The notes under the pieces: model-generated | The model's input: only the letters and a program-made list of their open reading frames with translations | Database searches by the model: none | Told to the model about the DNA's origin: nothing | Shown here: in pieces, positions 29,331 to 39,559 of the stretch | Layout of the letters: each line of letters opens with the position of its first letter | Position numbering within the stretch: position 1 is the first letter of the stretch | Virus record (IMG/VR): IMGVR_UViG_3300029258_002750 | Coordinates: 62,001-126,000 of that record | Direction: 5' to 3' (one strand) | DNA length: 64,000 nt | Program-made: the position numbers and the translations under genes

Positions 29331-29663
29331 CTACCCGGCGGTGTCCTCCGTCAGCTCTCCGGCAGGTGGTCCCTCGGTGAGCATCTGGGGACCGGCCTCC
29401 TGCGTGCTCGGGTCGTAGACGCGCAGCGCGCTCATAGCCACGCGCACGCTCCCGAGGCCCCCGCACGCGAAGCAACCGTTGTTCGGCGGCGGCCCGCACC
29501 GTGGACAGGGCAGAACGACCATCGCCTCGGTCGGCTCGCGCGGCGGGTTCCGGTCGCAGCTCGCGCACGTCCACGCGCCCGTCGGGTCCTCCACCACGCT
29601 CAGGACCGCATCCCGATGCAGGCCGCACTTTGGGCAGTGCGTTTGGGTCTGGGTTTCACTCAT
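29331..29663 (-). CDS. Double Zn-ribbon protein
   Basis: CPKC..CASC and CPRC..CFAC. Confidence 0.55.
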   Translation of the reverse strand: MSETQTQTHCPKCGLHRDAVLSVVEDPTGAWTCASCDRNPPREPTEAMVVLPCPRCGPPPNNGCFACGGLGSVRVAMSALRVYDPSTQEAGPQMLTEGPPAGELTEDTAG

Positions 29664-30213
29664 CGTCGTCTTCCTCGCTGTCCGTCGCCGAGCTGTCGGC
29701 GGCGATGATGCTACCTGGTTCCGCCTTCGTCGCCGAGCGTCCGATCTTCTCGAAGCCCGGCGGGGCTAACGGAAAAGCCTCCCTGATCGCGGCGCACAGG
29801 ACGATCGCCTGAAGCTCGTGCATGTCCGGGCTTTCGTCCTCGACGATGATCGTTCGCGAGGCGATGCCGTGAACGCACGCTTCCCAGTCGTCCCTCGACG
29901 CTAACGCGGCCCAGGCTTTCCGTAACCGGCTCAGTGCCCTGGTTCTCACGTTCGGGGTGCACGCGGTCTCGTTGATCGCCTTGCGGGTCTCTTGGAGGAA
30001 GTTGGCTATCGGTACCCGTACGCCCCATCCAGCGTTCTGGCAGGCGACGTACATACGCCTCCAAGCGATGCAGGCGTCCCAATCCCCCTGGTCGTAAGGT
30101 CTTGGCGTACCTTTCCTTCTCGAGCGGCCCATCCCCGGATTCTCAGGGCGGGACGACGAGGAGTCCAGATTAGAAATGGTTGTAGACCCGGACAAAACGA
30201 AACCATTCGGGGT

Positions 30214-30519
30214 CTACGAGGTCTTCGCGGTCTTCGCTGGCTCCTGCTCGAGATCCCTGTTCTGGTCGTTGATCGCTGGCATCGAGAAGACGTTCTCGGC
30301 CCACAGGATTCCCTGGATGACGCCGAGCTGGTGAAGCGCCTTCCGCTCCGACCACTTGTCCTTGGCGGCGTTCTGCTGCATGAAGTCGATCATCCACCGG
30401 GCGTGCGCCAGGCGGAGATCGCTGGTTTGAGCCGAATGTGGCTCCTCTCGCCGGTGGATCCCCTGAACCGACAGGGTGTTCTCGTAGAGCTGTAGCAGTT
30501 CGATGATTCGCTCGTTCAT
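30214..30519 (-). CDS. Hypothetical phage protein
   Basis: GGAGG RBS, upstream GGTAGAAC at 30538-30545; KALHQLGVIQGILW motif. Confidence 0.55.
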   Translation of the reverse strand: MNERIIELLQLYENTLSVQGIHRREEPHSAQTSDLRLAHARWMIDFMQQNAAKDKWSERKALHQLGVIQGILWAENVFSMPAINDQNRDLEQEPAKTAKTS

Positions 30520-30714
30520 AAGCCCTCCCAGGATGGCGTTCTACCGAAACGGTCCGACAGATAGAATGGGATTCCGTATGAGGCTGCCGAGCTGGGTACG
30601 AAAGCTCATCTGCTCGATCCTGGGCCACGTTCCCCTCACGGTGAAGGAAAGCCCGGAGAAGGTGGTGATGTGCAAGCGGTGCTGGACCCGGCTCGACAGG
30701 AAGGGACGCAGGCG

Positions 30715-31665
30715 GTGAGCCTCTTCGATCGCGTGTTGGGCGAGGAAATCGGCGCGGCCGGATCCTGGGATCAGACCAACCCGGTCGGGGTCTCGAAGCA
30801 GTCCCGCAAGGTGATCGGGAACTTCCCGCTTCCGCTCAACAGGAGGCGGAAGAAGGGAGAGCGGCTCGACCCGAACCTGTACACCGAGCAGCAGCCTGCC
30901 CCGATCTCAGGCTGGGTTGTGCTGCGCTACCCAGCTGGCACGAAGCACGCGGGCAAGGCCGATGTCGTAATCGGCAAGGGCGGCGATCGGAAGCGGGCGA
31001 AGAAGATCGCCGACTCACTGCGGTGGATCTACGGCAAGCGGGTGAAGACAGAGGGCAGGTACGATCCCAGTCGGTGCACGAACACGGTCATGCGGGCATT
31101 CGGTGTCTGCGCCAACGACGCCATGAACACCGGGCATATTCTCAGCGGCTTGCGCCAGGCGGGGTGGAAGTATCAGCCGGTTCGACTACCGTGGGACAAG
31201 AAGACAAAACTGCGCGACTTCGTGAATTCGCATCCGAAGGGGCGCTACGTGATCGGTGTTCGTCGACACGCGATGGCCCTTATCGACGGGAAACTGATCG
31301 ACACGACGGAGAAAGGCCCGGACGGTAGGCACGTCAAGGACGTCTACGTCGTATGGCGAGCAGGCGAACCGACGCCCACGTTCGAGGACGAGCAGCCGTC
31401 GTTCAAGGTGCTGAGGAAGGGCCGCAAGCCGCTCGACCCCGAGGAACGGCAGCTCTGCTTCGATCGGAAGGCCGTCTGGCACAACCGGCTCAAGCGGAAC
31501 GAGAAGACTGGCGAGATCGAGCACCTGCCGACGCCAGCCGTCTGGAAGTCCGAAGTGGACGGCAAGACCTGGTACGTGACGAACACGCACCGGGCCTACA
31601 ACGTGACGCCGACGCTGAAGGCTACGATCAAACGGTTTCACGACTTCATCAGGGGCACGGCGTGA
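30715..31665 (+). CDS. MSLFDRVLGE protein with papain-like (C39-like) Cys-His-Asp domain
   Basis: SRCTNTVMRAF...KGRYVIGVRRHAMALIDGKLIDT; GTGA overlap start. Confidence 0.5.
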   Translation: MSLFDRVLGEEIGAAGSWDQTNPVGVSKQSRKVIGNFPLPLNRRRKKGERLDPNLYTEQQPAPISGWVVLRYPAGTKHAGKADVVIGKGGDRKRAKKIADSLRWIYGKRVKTEGRYDPSRCTNTVMRAFGVCANDAMNTGHILSGLRQAGWKYQPVRLPWDKKTKLRDFVNSHPKGRYVIGVRRHAMALIDGKLIDTTEKGPDGRHVKDVYVVWRAGEPTPTFEDEQPSFKVLRKGRKPLDPEERQLCFDRKAVWHNRLKRNEKTGEIEHLPTPAVWKSEVDGKTWYVTNTHRAYNVTPTLKATIKRFHDFIRGTA

Positions 31666-31724
31666 GCCTCTACGATCGGGTGCTCGCGGAGGAGGACCGG
31701 GGGGCTGTTCGCACGCTCTACGCG
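31662..31724 (+). pseudogene. Original 5' end (MSLYDRVLAEEDRGAVRTLY) of the HAD gene, split off by HNH insertion
   Basis: EDRG..VRTLY is duplicated at the start of the 32297 ORF on the other side of the HNH gene. Confidence 0.6.
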
Positions 31725-32216
31725 TCAGGGAACGTGCGTCCAGGTGCGCCCCTGCTTGATGTGGGCGATGGCGCTCTTGCTGACGCCGAGCGATGTGGCG
31801 ATGGCTTGCAGCGATTCTCCGGTCTTGAGGCGTTGTCGGATGCCCGGGATGTCGGCCTCGACGAGTTGCGCCTTCCTGTTCTTCGACCCTCTCCTGTCGT
31901 CAAACCGACCCTTTCGCGAGCAGTCTTCCATGTTCCTCTTCTGGGTGCCGAGGAACAGGTGGTCAGGATTCACGCAGGCCGGTGTGTCGCAGGAGTGGCA
32001 GACATTCATTCCCGGGGGGATGCTCCCTTTTTCCAGCAGGTAGGCTATCCGATGGGCACGTTGTTCTTTTCCCCATCGGATGTGCCCGTACCCGTCGTGG
32101 TTCACCGCCCCTGTCCAGAGCCAGCATCCGCTCTTCGTGCGACGAACTCTGCTCCAGAGTCGTGTCTCGATTGGGGTGTGGTGCGAGAAGCGCGGGGTAT
32201 GATGGTTGGTGGCCAT
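31725..32216 (-). mobile_element. Free-standing HNH homing endonuclease with C-terminal HTH
   Basis: CWLWTG..GYG..AHRIAY..VCHSCDTPACVNPDHL..GTQKRNMED; AAGGAGG RBS; inserted antisense within a + strand operon. Confidence 0.88.
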
Positions 32217-32247
32217 CGTGCCTCCTTCACAGGCTCGGCGGTCTGCG

Positions 32248-32273
32248 CAGCCCGGAGCCCTAACTCCGGGCTG
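32248..32273. promoter_or_regulatory. 10-bp stem hairpin in the HNH 5' leader
   Basis: cagcccggag-ccctaa-ctccgggctg; TACTAT -10-like element on minus strand near 32290-32295. Confidence 0.45.
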
Positions 32274-32296
32274 TCGCCTTCTGCAAGGATAGTAGC

Positions 32297-33037
32297 GTGA
32301 GACGGCGGGGGTTGAAGGTGCTCCTGTCGGAGGACAGGGGGAGTGACCTAAAGGTAAGAACACTATATATTTATGACTTCGACGACACGCTGGTCTACTC
32401 GCCGCCGGTCGAGCACATCCGTGACATCACGAAGGCGAGCAGCATCGTCGGCAAGCCGATCAAGGCCAAGCCTCAGGTGCGCGTGGCCTACCAGCGAGCG
32501 AAGCGGGATCACCTGGGCAAGGTCATCGTGATGACCGGCCGGATCAACACGCCCGAGCTGCGGAAGGCCGTGAAGAACGCGCTCGATCAGGCGGGCTACC
32601 CGGGCCACAAGCACGGCCGCGACCTCTTCCTCAAGGACCCGAAGGTGCGCCGCACGGCCGAGTGGAAGAAGAAGATGCTGCGCGGCCTCATGCGCCGGTT
32701 TCCGAACGTGACCTCGGTGCATATGTGGGACGACCGGGGCGAGCACGTCGAGCAGTTCCGCAAGCAGATCAAGGATCTCGGCCGCCAGGACCACGTCGTG
32801 CACGTCGCCGAGAGCCTCTACGACCGGATCATCGAGAGCTACCCGAACCGGCCTCGCGGACAAGCTCGCGACACGCCGGTACTATCCAAGGGGGAGAAAC
32901 CGCCGCCCGAGGCGCCAGCCGAAGAGCCTGAACAGCCGATGGACAAGCCGTTACCTGGGAACGTGAGTCCGAGAGCGTTCATGAGAGGAGCAGGTACAAG
33001 GGCTCAACGCATGAGAGGACCAAGGCCGCCTCGATGA
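32297..33037 (+). CDS. HAD-superfamily hydrolase (phage HAD, Swiss-Army-Knife-like)
   Basis: YDFDDTL, VMTGR, LFLK and MWDDR motifs; internal SLYDRIIE copy at 32813. Confidence 0.8.
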   Translation: MRRRGLKVLLSEDRGSDLKVRTLYIYDFDDTLVYSPPVEHIRDITKASSIVGKPIKAKPQVRVAYQRAKRDHLGKVIVMTGRINTPELRKAVKNALDQAGYPGHKHGRDLFLKDPKVRRTAEWKKKMLRGLMRRFPNVTSVHMWDDRGEHVEQFRKQIKDLGRQDHVVHVAESLYDRIIESYPNRPRGQARDTPVLSKGEKPPPEAPAEEPEQPMDKPLPGNVSPRAFMRGAGTRAQRMRGPRPPR

Positions 33038-33477
33038 CCGACCTCATGATCCTGCTCGCCGACACGGCGACGAAGACCGCCGCTGACCCCACGATCCCGA
33101 GCTGGGGCAAGTACGTTCTCGGCCCACTTGGCTGCCTGGTGCTGCTCCTGGTCTACGCCATCTACACGGAGAAGTACCGGATCCCCAAGTTCGAGGGGCT
33201 GCTGAAGACGAAGGACGACGCGCTGAAGGAGGCGCGGGACGAGCTGAGTACGCTCCGCGAGCAGAACTCGATCAAGCGGGAGGAGATCCGCGACAAGGCT
33301 GAGTCCAGGGAGGACGATCTGGAAGCGGAGATTCGGAAGCTCCAGGCCAAGATCGCGAAGGAGAAATCAGCCCGCGCGTGGTGGCAGGCGAAGGCGACTG
33401 GCGCCTTCAAGCGGCTCGACGAGGAGTTGAGCATCCCCGAGGACATCGACAAGACGCACTACGGGGGCGATGGCTAG
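33034..33477 (+). CDS. Membrane protein with coiled coil (lysis-type architecture possible)
   Basis: TM helix VLGPLGCLVLLLVYAIY followed by coiled coil. Confidence 0.5.
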   Translation: MTDLMILLADTATKTAADPTIPSWGKYVLGPLGCLVLLLVYAIYTEKYRIPKFEGLLKTKDDALKEARDELSTLREQNSIKREEIRDKAESREDDLEAEIRKLQAKIAKEKSARAWWQAKATGAFKRLDEELSIPEDIDKTHYGGDG

Positions 33478-33932
33478 AGGTTGTTGAGCGCGCACCACAG
33501 CTCGCGCAGGGTCGCCCAGCGCTTCTTGCCGTCCAGCTTGATGCGCACCTTCGCCTCGTGGAGCTTGTGGAGACGGCGCTTGTAGGTGAGCACGATGTCG
33601 GAGTCTTGGGCCGGAGCGTGCTTCCAGGTGATCTGCACACAGCCGGTCACGTAGCTGACCGAGCCGGAGCAGTCGCCGTGCAGAGCACCATCCTCGCTGA
33701 CGTCGCAGCAGGCCATCTCCGGTTTCACGTGCCCGGCCAGCGCGCCCAGCTGGCTCACGGCGTCTGGCGGCATGACGCGGATGAACACGGAGCCCGGGAC
33801 GATCGGGCCGCGTATCGCGATCGAGTAGTTCGTCGTCGCGTGGTCGCCCTTCCCGATCGACATCCGGCGGTCTTCGGTCTTCGGGAACTCGTCCCACCGA
33901 TCGTCGCTCCAGTCGCTAGCGCTCATCGGCAA
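33474..33932 (-). CDS. Protein with a virion-type beta module (PIVPGSV...GSVSYVTG...APA...IVLTY)
   Basis: Motif recalls insertion modules of tail sheath/baseplate proteins. Confidence 0.4.
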   Translation of the reverse strand: MPMSASDWSDDRWDEFPKTEDRRMSIGKGDHATTNYSIAIRGPIVPGSVFIRVMPPDAVSQLGALAGHVKPEMACCDVSEDGALHGDCSGSVSYVTGCVQITWKHAPAQDSDIVLTYKRRLHKLHEAKVRIKLDGKKRWATLRELWCALNNL

Positions 33933-34194
33933 GACTCCCGAGAGCCGTGATTGCGCAGGGTGCGACCGGCTCCCAGTTGCGCGTCATGAACCATTCGAGC
34001 AGATCGGGCTTGTTCGTCTCCAGCCAGATGGTACTGCGGACTGTCTGGGGTGCAGAGCGAGAACCACCTGGAGGCGCCCGCGTGCGTCGGCAGGTGCTCT
34101 TTTGCCTGCGCCTCGTAGTCGAGGGGGTGCCGCTTCTCATCCCTGTAGGACAGCGCAGACCCGACGCGCGAGAGCCGGATGGCCTCGTGCAGCG

Positions 34195-34533
34195 TCACGC
34201 CTTCACCTGGCACTCGCAGCCCTTCGCCACGAGGATGCGACGCTGATCCGCGAGTGTGGTGATGCGCGACGGCGGTGGTACCTGCTCGTCCCAGTACGGC
34301 AAGCACGCGAGCGGTGATTTGTGATTCCACCCGCGCCGGACCATCTCCTCGGCCTGCTGCTGGTGGCGAACCGCCAGGTGTTGGAGACGCCCCTCCCAGC
34401 GCTTGACCTCTGGATGATGGCGGTAGCCTTGCCTGTCCTCGGTCAGGATCGTCCAGATCGCGTGCAGCTCGCGGTGCTCACCGAGCAGGTGCTTGCGGCA
34501 GAGAACGCGAACCGGCAGATCCCAGATCCTCAC
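34195..34533 (-). CDS. Pyrimidine-dimer DNA glycosylase (DenV/Pyr_excise-like family)
   Basis: MRIWD...LCRKHLLGEHRELH...GYRHHPEVKRW..L..RH...EMVRRG.NHKSPL. Confidence 0.8.
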   Translation of the reverse strand: MRIWDLPVRVLCRKHLLGEHRELHAIWTILTEDRQGYRHHPEVKRWEGRLQHLAVRHQQQAEEMVRRGWNHKSPLACLPYWDEQVPPPSRITTLADQRRILVAKGCECQVKA

Positions 34534-35207
34534 TCGAAGCTCTCGTCAGCGATGGCGGCGAGGTGATCGACGGCCGATGGGAACACGTCCGGCTGGATGT
34601 CGGCCAGCACACGGGCGGGCATCCTGCCCTCGGCGGCGGCAATCGTGAGAAGTGCGTCGAGGAGTTTCTCCTGCGACTCCCAGGGGGGTCCGCTGATGTT
34701 CACCTCCATGTTCGTCTTGATGTGCGTGTAGTAGCCGGTGTAGGTACCGCGCTGCCACGTGGCCTCGTCATCCCTGCAACGATCGGCTAGGTACTGCTCG
34801 AACGGTTCCGTCCTGAGGAGCATGAGTTCGTGGGGAAGGATGGGCGCTAGGAAGAGGCGGACGACCTGCTCCAGCCGCTCGATTCGCTCGACGAGCTTCT
34901 CGAACTCCTCGACAAACTCGCGCCCCGGCCCAGAGATCACTGTCGCCGCTTGCCCTTCTTGCCTCGCTTCGCCTGCCGCTCCCGGCGGGCCTCCATCCGC
35001 TCAAGGCGCTGGGCCTCAAGCGTCGTGTTGTGAATGAAGAGATCGACGCCGCCCTCCTCGACTTCGATGCCCTCGAGCGCGCCCAGCATGTTCTGAAGCA
35101 GCGCCCCCGGATCGTCGGGGTCAGCTGGCGCGGACGGCGGCATCGTGCTCGCGACCTCGATCTTCGGGGTCGGTCCCTTCGGCTTCTTCTTGGGCGGCAG
35201 GTTGTCG

Positions 35208-35462
35208 TCAGGCGGTGGCGGTCCGGTGAAGAACTCGGCTTCCTTCATTCGGCTTCCTCTTTCTCTCTAGCCGAGCGAGCTGGTCGATGGCCGAGACCAG
35301 TCGAACCCTGCCAGCCCAGCACTTCATCATCTTGGGCTCGCCAATGGCCGCGTCGTGAAGCCAGAACACGACCTCCTCCGTGAGCGGCCAGTAGCAGTAG
35401 ACCTTGCCGGTGCGGCCAGCGTAGCGGCCCTCGATGATGTGGATCTCGTCGCCCGGTTCCAT
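35208..35462 (-). CDS. KOW/SH3-like protein with C-terminal tag
   Basis: PGDEIHIIEGRYAGRTGKV; SAIDQLARL; leaderless promoter at 35469-35477. Confidence 0.6.
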   Translation of the reverse strand: MEPGDEIHIIEGRYAGRTGKVYCYWPLTEEVVFWLHDAAIGEPKMMKCWAGRVRLVSAIDQLARLERKRKPNEGSRVLHRTATA

Positions 35463-35471
35463 ACCCTAGTT

Positions 35472-36593
35472 CTACCCGTCGTCTTGGTCGTTCATCTCGA
35501 GCATCTTGGTCTCGGCGGGCGGGGCCAGGATCGGCCCGGCCGCCTCCCAGAGCGTCTTCTGGTCGAGGCTCTGCTGGCCGATGAACTGGATCGCGGCCGA
35601 CTCCATGATGCCAGTGATCTCCTCGCGCGCCTGGTCCACGGTGAACGCGGCGTTCGCGGCCGAGTGTTCGACGGCCCGTGCCACGCGCTCGGCGAACTCG
35701 CGGAGCTGGGTCTTGCGCGCGGGCTTGCCGCTCTCGGCCTGCGCCTCCAGCTCCTCGGCGATCTCGCGTAGCGCGTCGGCCTGCTCGCCCAGGCGGTGCT
35801 TGAGGCGCTTCTCCATGCGCGCGCGGATGGGCTCGGGCGGGCGAACGCGCTCGCGCAGGAGGACCGCGTCGTCGGTCACACTCCAGTAGGACGAAAGCGT
35901 GCACGGGGTGTGCGAGTTGCCGACCAGCGCCATTGCGAACTGCTCGGGGCTCATCGTGACCTCGCAGATGCGGCGGCCGTCCGGGTTCGTGATGGTGATG
36001 TGCACCACGGACGAGTGGTAGACCTTCGACCCGTTGAGCGCTTGACCGGGTGGCCCGGCCGACGCGATGCCGATGTAGATCGTGGACCGGCTCTTGTCGA
36101 TGTCGAAGTCGTCCGACTGCTTGTGAAGGCCGTCCTTGGCCGAGTCGATGGCGTCGGTGCCGGGGTGCGTCTTGGCGCGCGCCTCCTCGAAGATGCGCTC
36201 CTTCTCGCCTTTCGCGCCAGTCATCTTTCGGTGCGCGTGGATGGCCGCCGCGTAGTCGAGGATCTCCTCCTCGCTGATGAAGGACCCCTGATCGGCCATC
36301 CGCTTGAGGTGCGGCTTCGGCCGCTTGGAGAGGATCTCCTCCTTCTTGCGATCGTAGACGCGGCCTCTGCTCTCCTTGGAGAAGCCACCGTGCGAGACGA
36401 GGAAGCCGTCGCCGGGGATGTAGTGCGTCTCTCCGTGCGCTGGGCCACGGATGGTGAGCACGACGTCAGCGTGATCGTGCGTGTCGGGAATCTCGTCGGC
36501 GCCGGTGATGCCAGCTGGGTGGCGCTGGTCGTCGTCGAAGGTCTTGGACGGTACGCGCTGGACCTTCTTCTTCTTCCTCTTCTTGCGGCTCAT
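35472..36593 (-). CDS. Hypothetical 373-aa protein
   Basis: GGAGG-like RBS; stop codon is part of the downstream GGGTAGAAC promoter. Confidence 0.6.
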   Translation of the reverse strand: MSRKKRKKKKVQRVPSKTFDDDQRHPAGITGADEIPDTHDHADVVLTIRGPAHGETHYIPGDGFLVSHGGFSKESRGRVYDRKKEEILSKRPKPHLKRMADQGSFISEEEILDYAAAIHAHRKMTGAKGEKERIFEEARAKTHPGTDAIDSAKDGLHKQSDDFDIDKSRSTIYIGIASAGPPGQALNGSKVYHSSVVHITITNPDGRRICEVTMSPEQFAMALVGNSHTPCTLSSYWSVTDDAVLLRERVRPPEPIRARMEKRLKHRLGEQADALREIAEELEAQAESGKPARKTQLREFAERVARAVEHSAANAAFTVDQAREEITGIMESAAIQFIGQQSLDQKTLWEAAGPILAPPAETKMLEMNDQDDG

Positions 36594-36773
36594 GTTGCCC
36601 TCCCTAGCACGTGTAGAGGACGAACGACGGCTCGGTGTAGACGCGTTCGACCGGGTCGTTCGAGGGGTCGTAGCCCTCGATGAAGGTGCCCGCCTTGACC
36701 TGTTCTCGGAGCAGCTCGCGCGCCTGATCTTCGTTCTCGGCCAGGCAGGCGAATCCGTCCCATTCGTAGAGGT

Positions 36774-37175
36774 TCATCCGTCCCACTCCTCGTCGTCCTT
36801 GTCGGTGACGCCGCAGATCGGAAGCAGGTCGAGCTTGCGGGCCAGCTTGACGGCGAGCGCCAGCTCCTCGTCGACCGGCTGGACCCGGCCGTCGCCGAAG
36901 CGCAGGCCGCTCTTGTAGTCCTCGGGCTTGTCGCCGTAGCGCGCGATGACGGTCGGTAGCCGGTTGTCCTGCTTGTTGCAGAAGTACAGGTCGAAGAACT
37001 CGGACGGCTTGACGCCCATCTCGCGGTGCAGGTCGGCGATCGAGGGGCTCTCGATGTGGCGGGTCAGCGCTGACACGACCTTGTCGGTGACGAGGATCAT
37101 CTCGGAGCGCGTGATCTTCCCCAGGAAGACGCACTCGTCGCAGTCGTGGGTGAAGTGGGGATCGGGGTCGCTCAC
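36774..37175 (-). CDS. Phage protein with FTHDCDEC motif
   Basis: PHFTHDCDECVFLG...DLYFC...TVIARYGD pattern. Confidence 0.5.
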   Translation of the reverse strand: MSDPDPHFTHDCDECVFLGKITRSEMILVTDKVVSALTRHIESPSIADLHREMGVKPSEFFDLYFCNKQDNRLPTVIARYGDKPEDYKSGLRFGDGRVQPVDEELALAVKLARKLDLLPICGVTDKDDEEWDG

Positions 37176-37938
37176 TCGGTCTCCTCCTCGTGTCTGATCA
37201 CGTTGCCGAGTCTCGTGATCGCATCCGAGCACAGATCGTGGATGATCCTGAGCCGTCCACGCTCGAGGCTCGCTTCCTTGAGCGCCTTCGAGGCGGCCCG
37301 CTTTGAGCGAAAACTCTCGGGCAGTGCCTCGCCCTCGTAGCCGTCTTCGCCGTAGAGCCTGGCGATCCACCGGCCCTGGACCCTGGTGATTCGGCCGAGC
37401 CGCACGTTGATGCCGCTGTGTTTTCTGCCGAGCCACACCTGGCGGCCCCGGTTCCTGTAGGAGAACGGCAACTCGATCAGCTTGGCCCAGCCCTCGCTGT
37501 CCAATTCGATCGTGAGAGCTGAGATCCAGTAGGGAACACCGCGCAGCCAACGCCAGTCTGCGGCCGATTCCGGCCGCGTCAGCCAGAACTCGATGTCACC
37601 GAGCCTGCGCCAGAACCGCCAGCTCGTACCGGACACGGTCTCGGAGCCGTCTTCCCCGGTCACTGTGCGGCGGCCGTGCATCTCCGGGTAGCGGGACGAC
37701 CACCGGCCCCACCGATCGCTCTCGTCAGTCGCGCTGCGCTCGCGCTTGAACGAGATCTTGCACTCGACCTCCCACTCCGGGTCGGCCTTGATTGGGTAGC
37801 GAAGGAACGCCTCGAACCATTGCGTGTGCCAGCGAGAGTTGCTGCGCTCCTCGACGCCCTTCGTGTGGACGGTCCACCCGTGGCTGGCGGCGAGCTTGAT
37901 CATGCGCTCGGCACGGGTCGGCAGGCTAACGGTCGTCG

Positions 37939-38277
37939 TCACGCCGCCTCCTCTTCGTCGAGCAGCGAGCCCATCCGGGTGATGACGTCGATCTCCTTCG
38001 TGTATCCCTTGTCGCGCTTCTTGCCCTTCAGCTCCCGCGCGTGCTTCTTCGCCGAGAACCTGCTGTGGCGGATCTCGACCTTGATCTGGCCCCTCGTGCC
38101 GTACTTGCCCCAGCGCCGGACGACCTTCCACTGGCCGTCGTGCCTGAAGATCGCGACCTCCCAGTACTTGTCGCTTTTCCCGCTCTTGTTCGAGGCATTG
38201 GGTCCGAGGTACTCGAGGTAGCGGTGGTAGACCGGCTCGGGCCAGGTGTCGTAGGGACTGATGTCGGTGATCTTCAC
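37939..38277 (-). CDS. WGR domain protein with C-terminal tag
   Basis: SDKYWEV...VVRRWGKYGTRGQ...KKRDKGY; DVITRMGSLL. Confidence 0.8.
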   Translation of the reverse strand: MKITDISPYDTWPEPVYHRYLEYLGPNASNKSGKSDKYWEVAIFRHDGQWKVVRRWGKYGTRGQIKVEIRHSRFSAKKHARELKGKKRDKGYTKEIDVITRMGSLLDEEEAA

Positions 38278-38870
38278 TTGTCGTCCTCCCCGGTCCACAG
38301 CGGCCGACCGTCGCGGTCCACCTGGTTGTGCGGGCGGCGGCAGCGCGCCTCGCCCTGCCAGACGTTGTTGGCCGACTGCTTACGGACACCGGCCCAGACC
38401 CGGCCCGAGTAGCGCCGGATCCGTCGGCGGGTGTGTCCGTGTTGCGGCTTGCCCTTGATGCTCACGGTCCCCTCCTCTCCTAGTCCAGCAGGTCCACGTT
38501 GAAGCAGAGCTTGTCGATGTCGATCCAGTAGCCCGACCCGTCCACCTTGCAGCGCGTGCCATCGCGGGTGACGGCCACGACGTACTCCCAGCCGGTGAAC
38601 CGGGCGCGGCCCCGCCCCGGCATCTCGTTCTCGCAGCCCTTGCGCGGGAAGGCCGAGACCAGGAACGTGGCGCGGCGATCGGCCTGCCGGTGCAGGACCA
38701 TCGCGCGCAGACGCGGCCCGGACACGTAGTAGTTGCTGGACCGCTTGTAGTGCTGGACCTTGCCGTCGAACACGACGCGCACGCCGCCCTCGGCGGTAGC
38801 GCGGGAATAGCCTGCCTCGGTGATCGTCGGGAGTTGAATCGCTTGGGTCTGAGCCACGGTTGTCTTGCCT

Positions 38871-38905
38871 CCACCTCTCTCAACAACCATGCTCTCCGTT
38901 CTCAC
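38871..38905 (-). promoter_or_regulatory. Conserved leader GTGAGAAC-N8/9-GTTGT(T/G)G(A/G)GAGAG, copy 1 of 3
   Basis: Same element at 45531-45568 and 57911-57947, each directly upstream of an RBS and minus-strand gene. Confidence 0.55.
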
Positions 38906-38978
38906 ACGATTTCGTAGACGGGTGTCGCTAAAGGACTTCCGGCGCCGGTCTCTGGTGGGCGGTCTCACACCCAAGGTT

Positions 38979-39530
38979 CTACCCGGGGTCGGCCAGTTCT
39001 CCGAGATGCTCGATGGCGCTCAGGAGATCGATCTCCCCCGGCTCCTCGCGACCGTCGCACAGGCGATCTGCGCAGTTGTTCCAGCGCGTGAAATCCGAGT
39101 TGTCGCGCTGATGTCCCGCGTGGTGGATGAATGACAGGAAGAGCCCGCGATCCTCGGCGATGGCCATCGCGTGTTCTATCTTGCCGCGCACCAGCTGATC
39201 TTTGATCTTCCAGTTGCCTGTCATCCAGGCCGCGATCCCGAGGTAGTCGGAGACGATGGTGACCTCGGTGTTCTCCGGTGCGCGAGCGAGTCCGAGGCAC
39301 AAGGCATCCAGCTCTGCACCAACGTTCCTCGTGCTCGTAGGCTTGTTGAAGCCCGCGTACTTCCTCGCGTAGGCGCGGGTGACAACCACGGCCCCGAAGC
39401 CGCCCTTCGAGCTGCCATCGGTGAAGACGTACGTCTTGTCGGCCATGCAGCGTCGGTCCTCTAGGAGAGAGACCCACTTGGCCTGGTGCGGAACGCGGGT
39501 GGTCTTGAGATTCGTGGAGTAGACGGTCAT
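38979..39530 (-). CDS. rnhA: Ribonuclease HI with C-terminal tag
   Basis: FTDGS, AEL.A, VSDY, HHAGH...WNNCAD; ends SAIEHLGELADPG. Confidence 0.85.
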   Translation of the reverse strand: MTVYSTNLKTTRVPHQAKWVSLLEDRRCMADKTYVFTDGSSKGGFGAVVVTRAYARKYAGFNKPTSTRNVGAELDALCLGLARAPENTEVTIVSDYLGIAAWMTGNWKIKDQLVRGKIEHAMAIAEDRGLFLSFIHHAGHQRDNSDFTRWNNCADRLCDGREEPGEIDLLSAIEHLGELADPG

Positions 39531-39559
39531 GTGGCCGTTCTACCCCAAGGTGGCGACGG

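Noticed and set aside
31662-32300. Group I intron interpretation of the HNH insertion
   Set aside because: ORF is antisense, almost no non-coding room for a ribozyme core, and the exon peptide is duplicated rather than split
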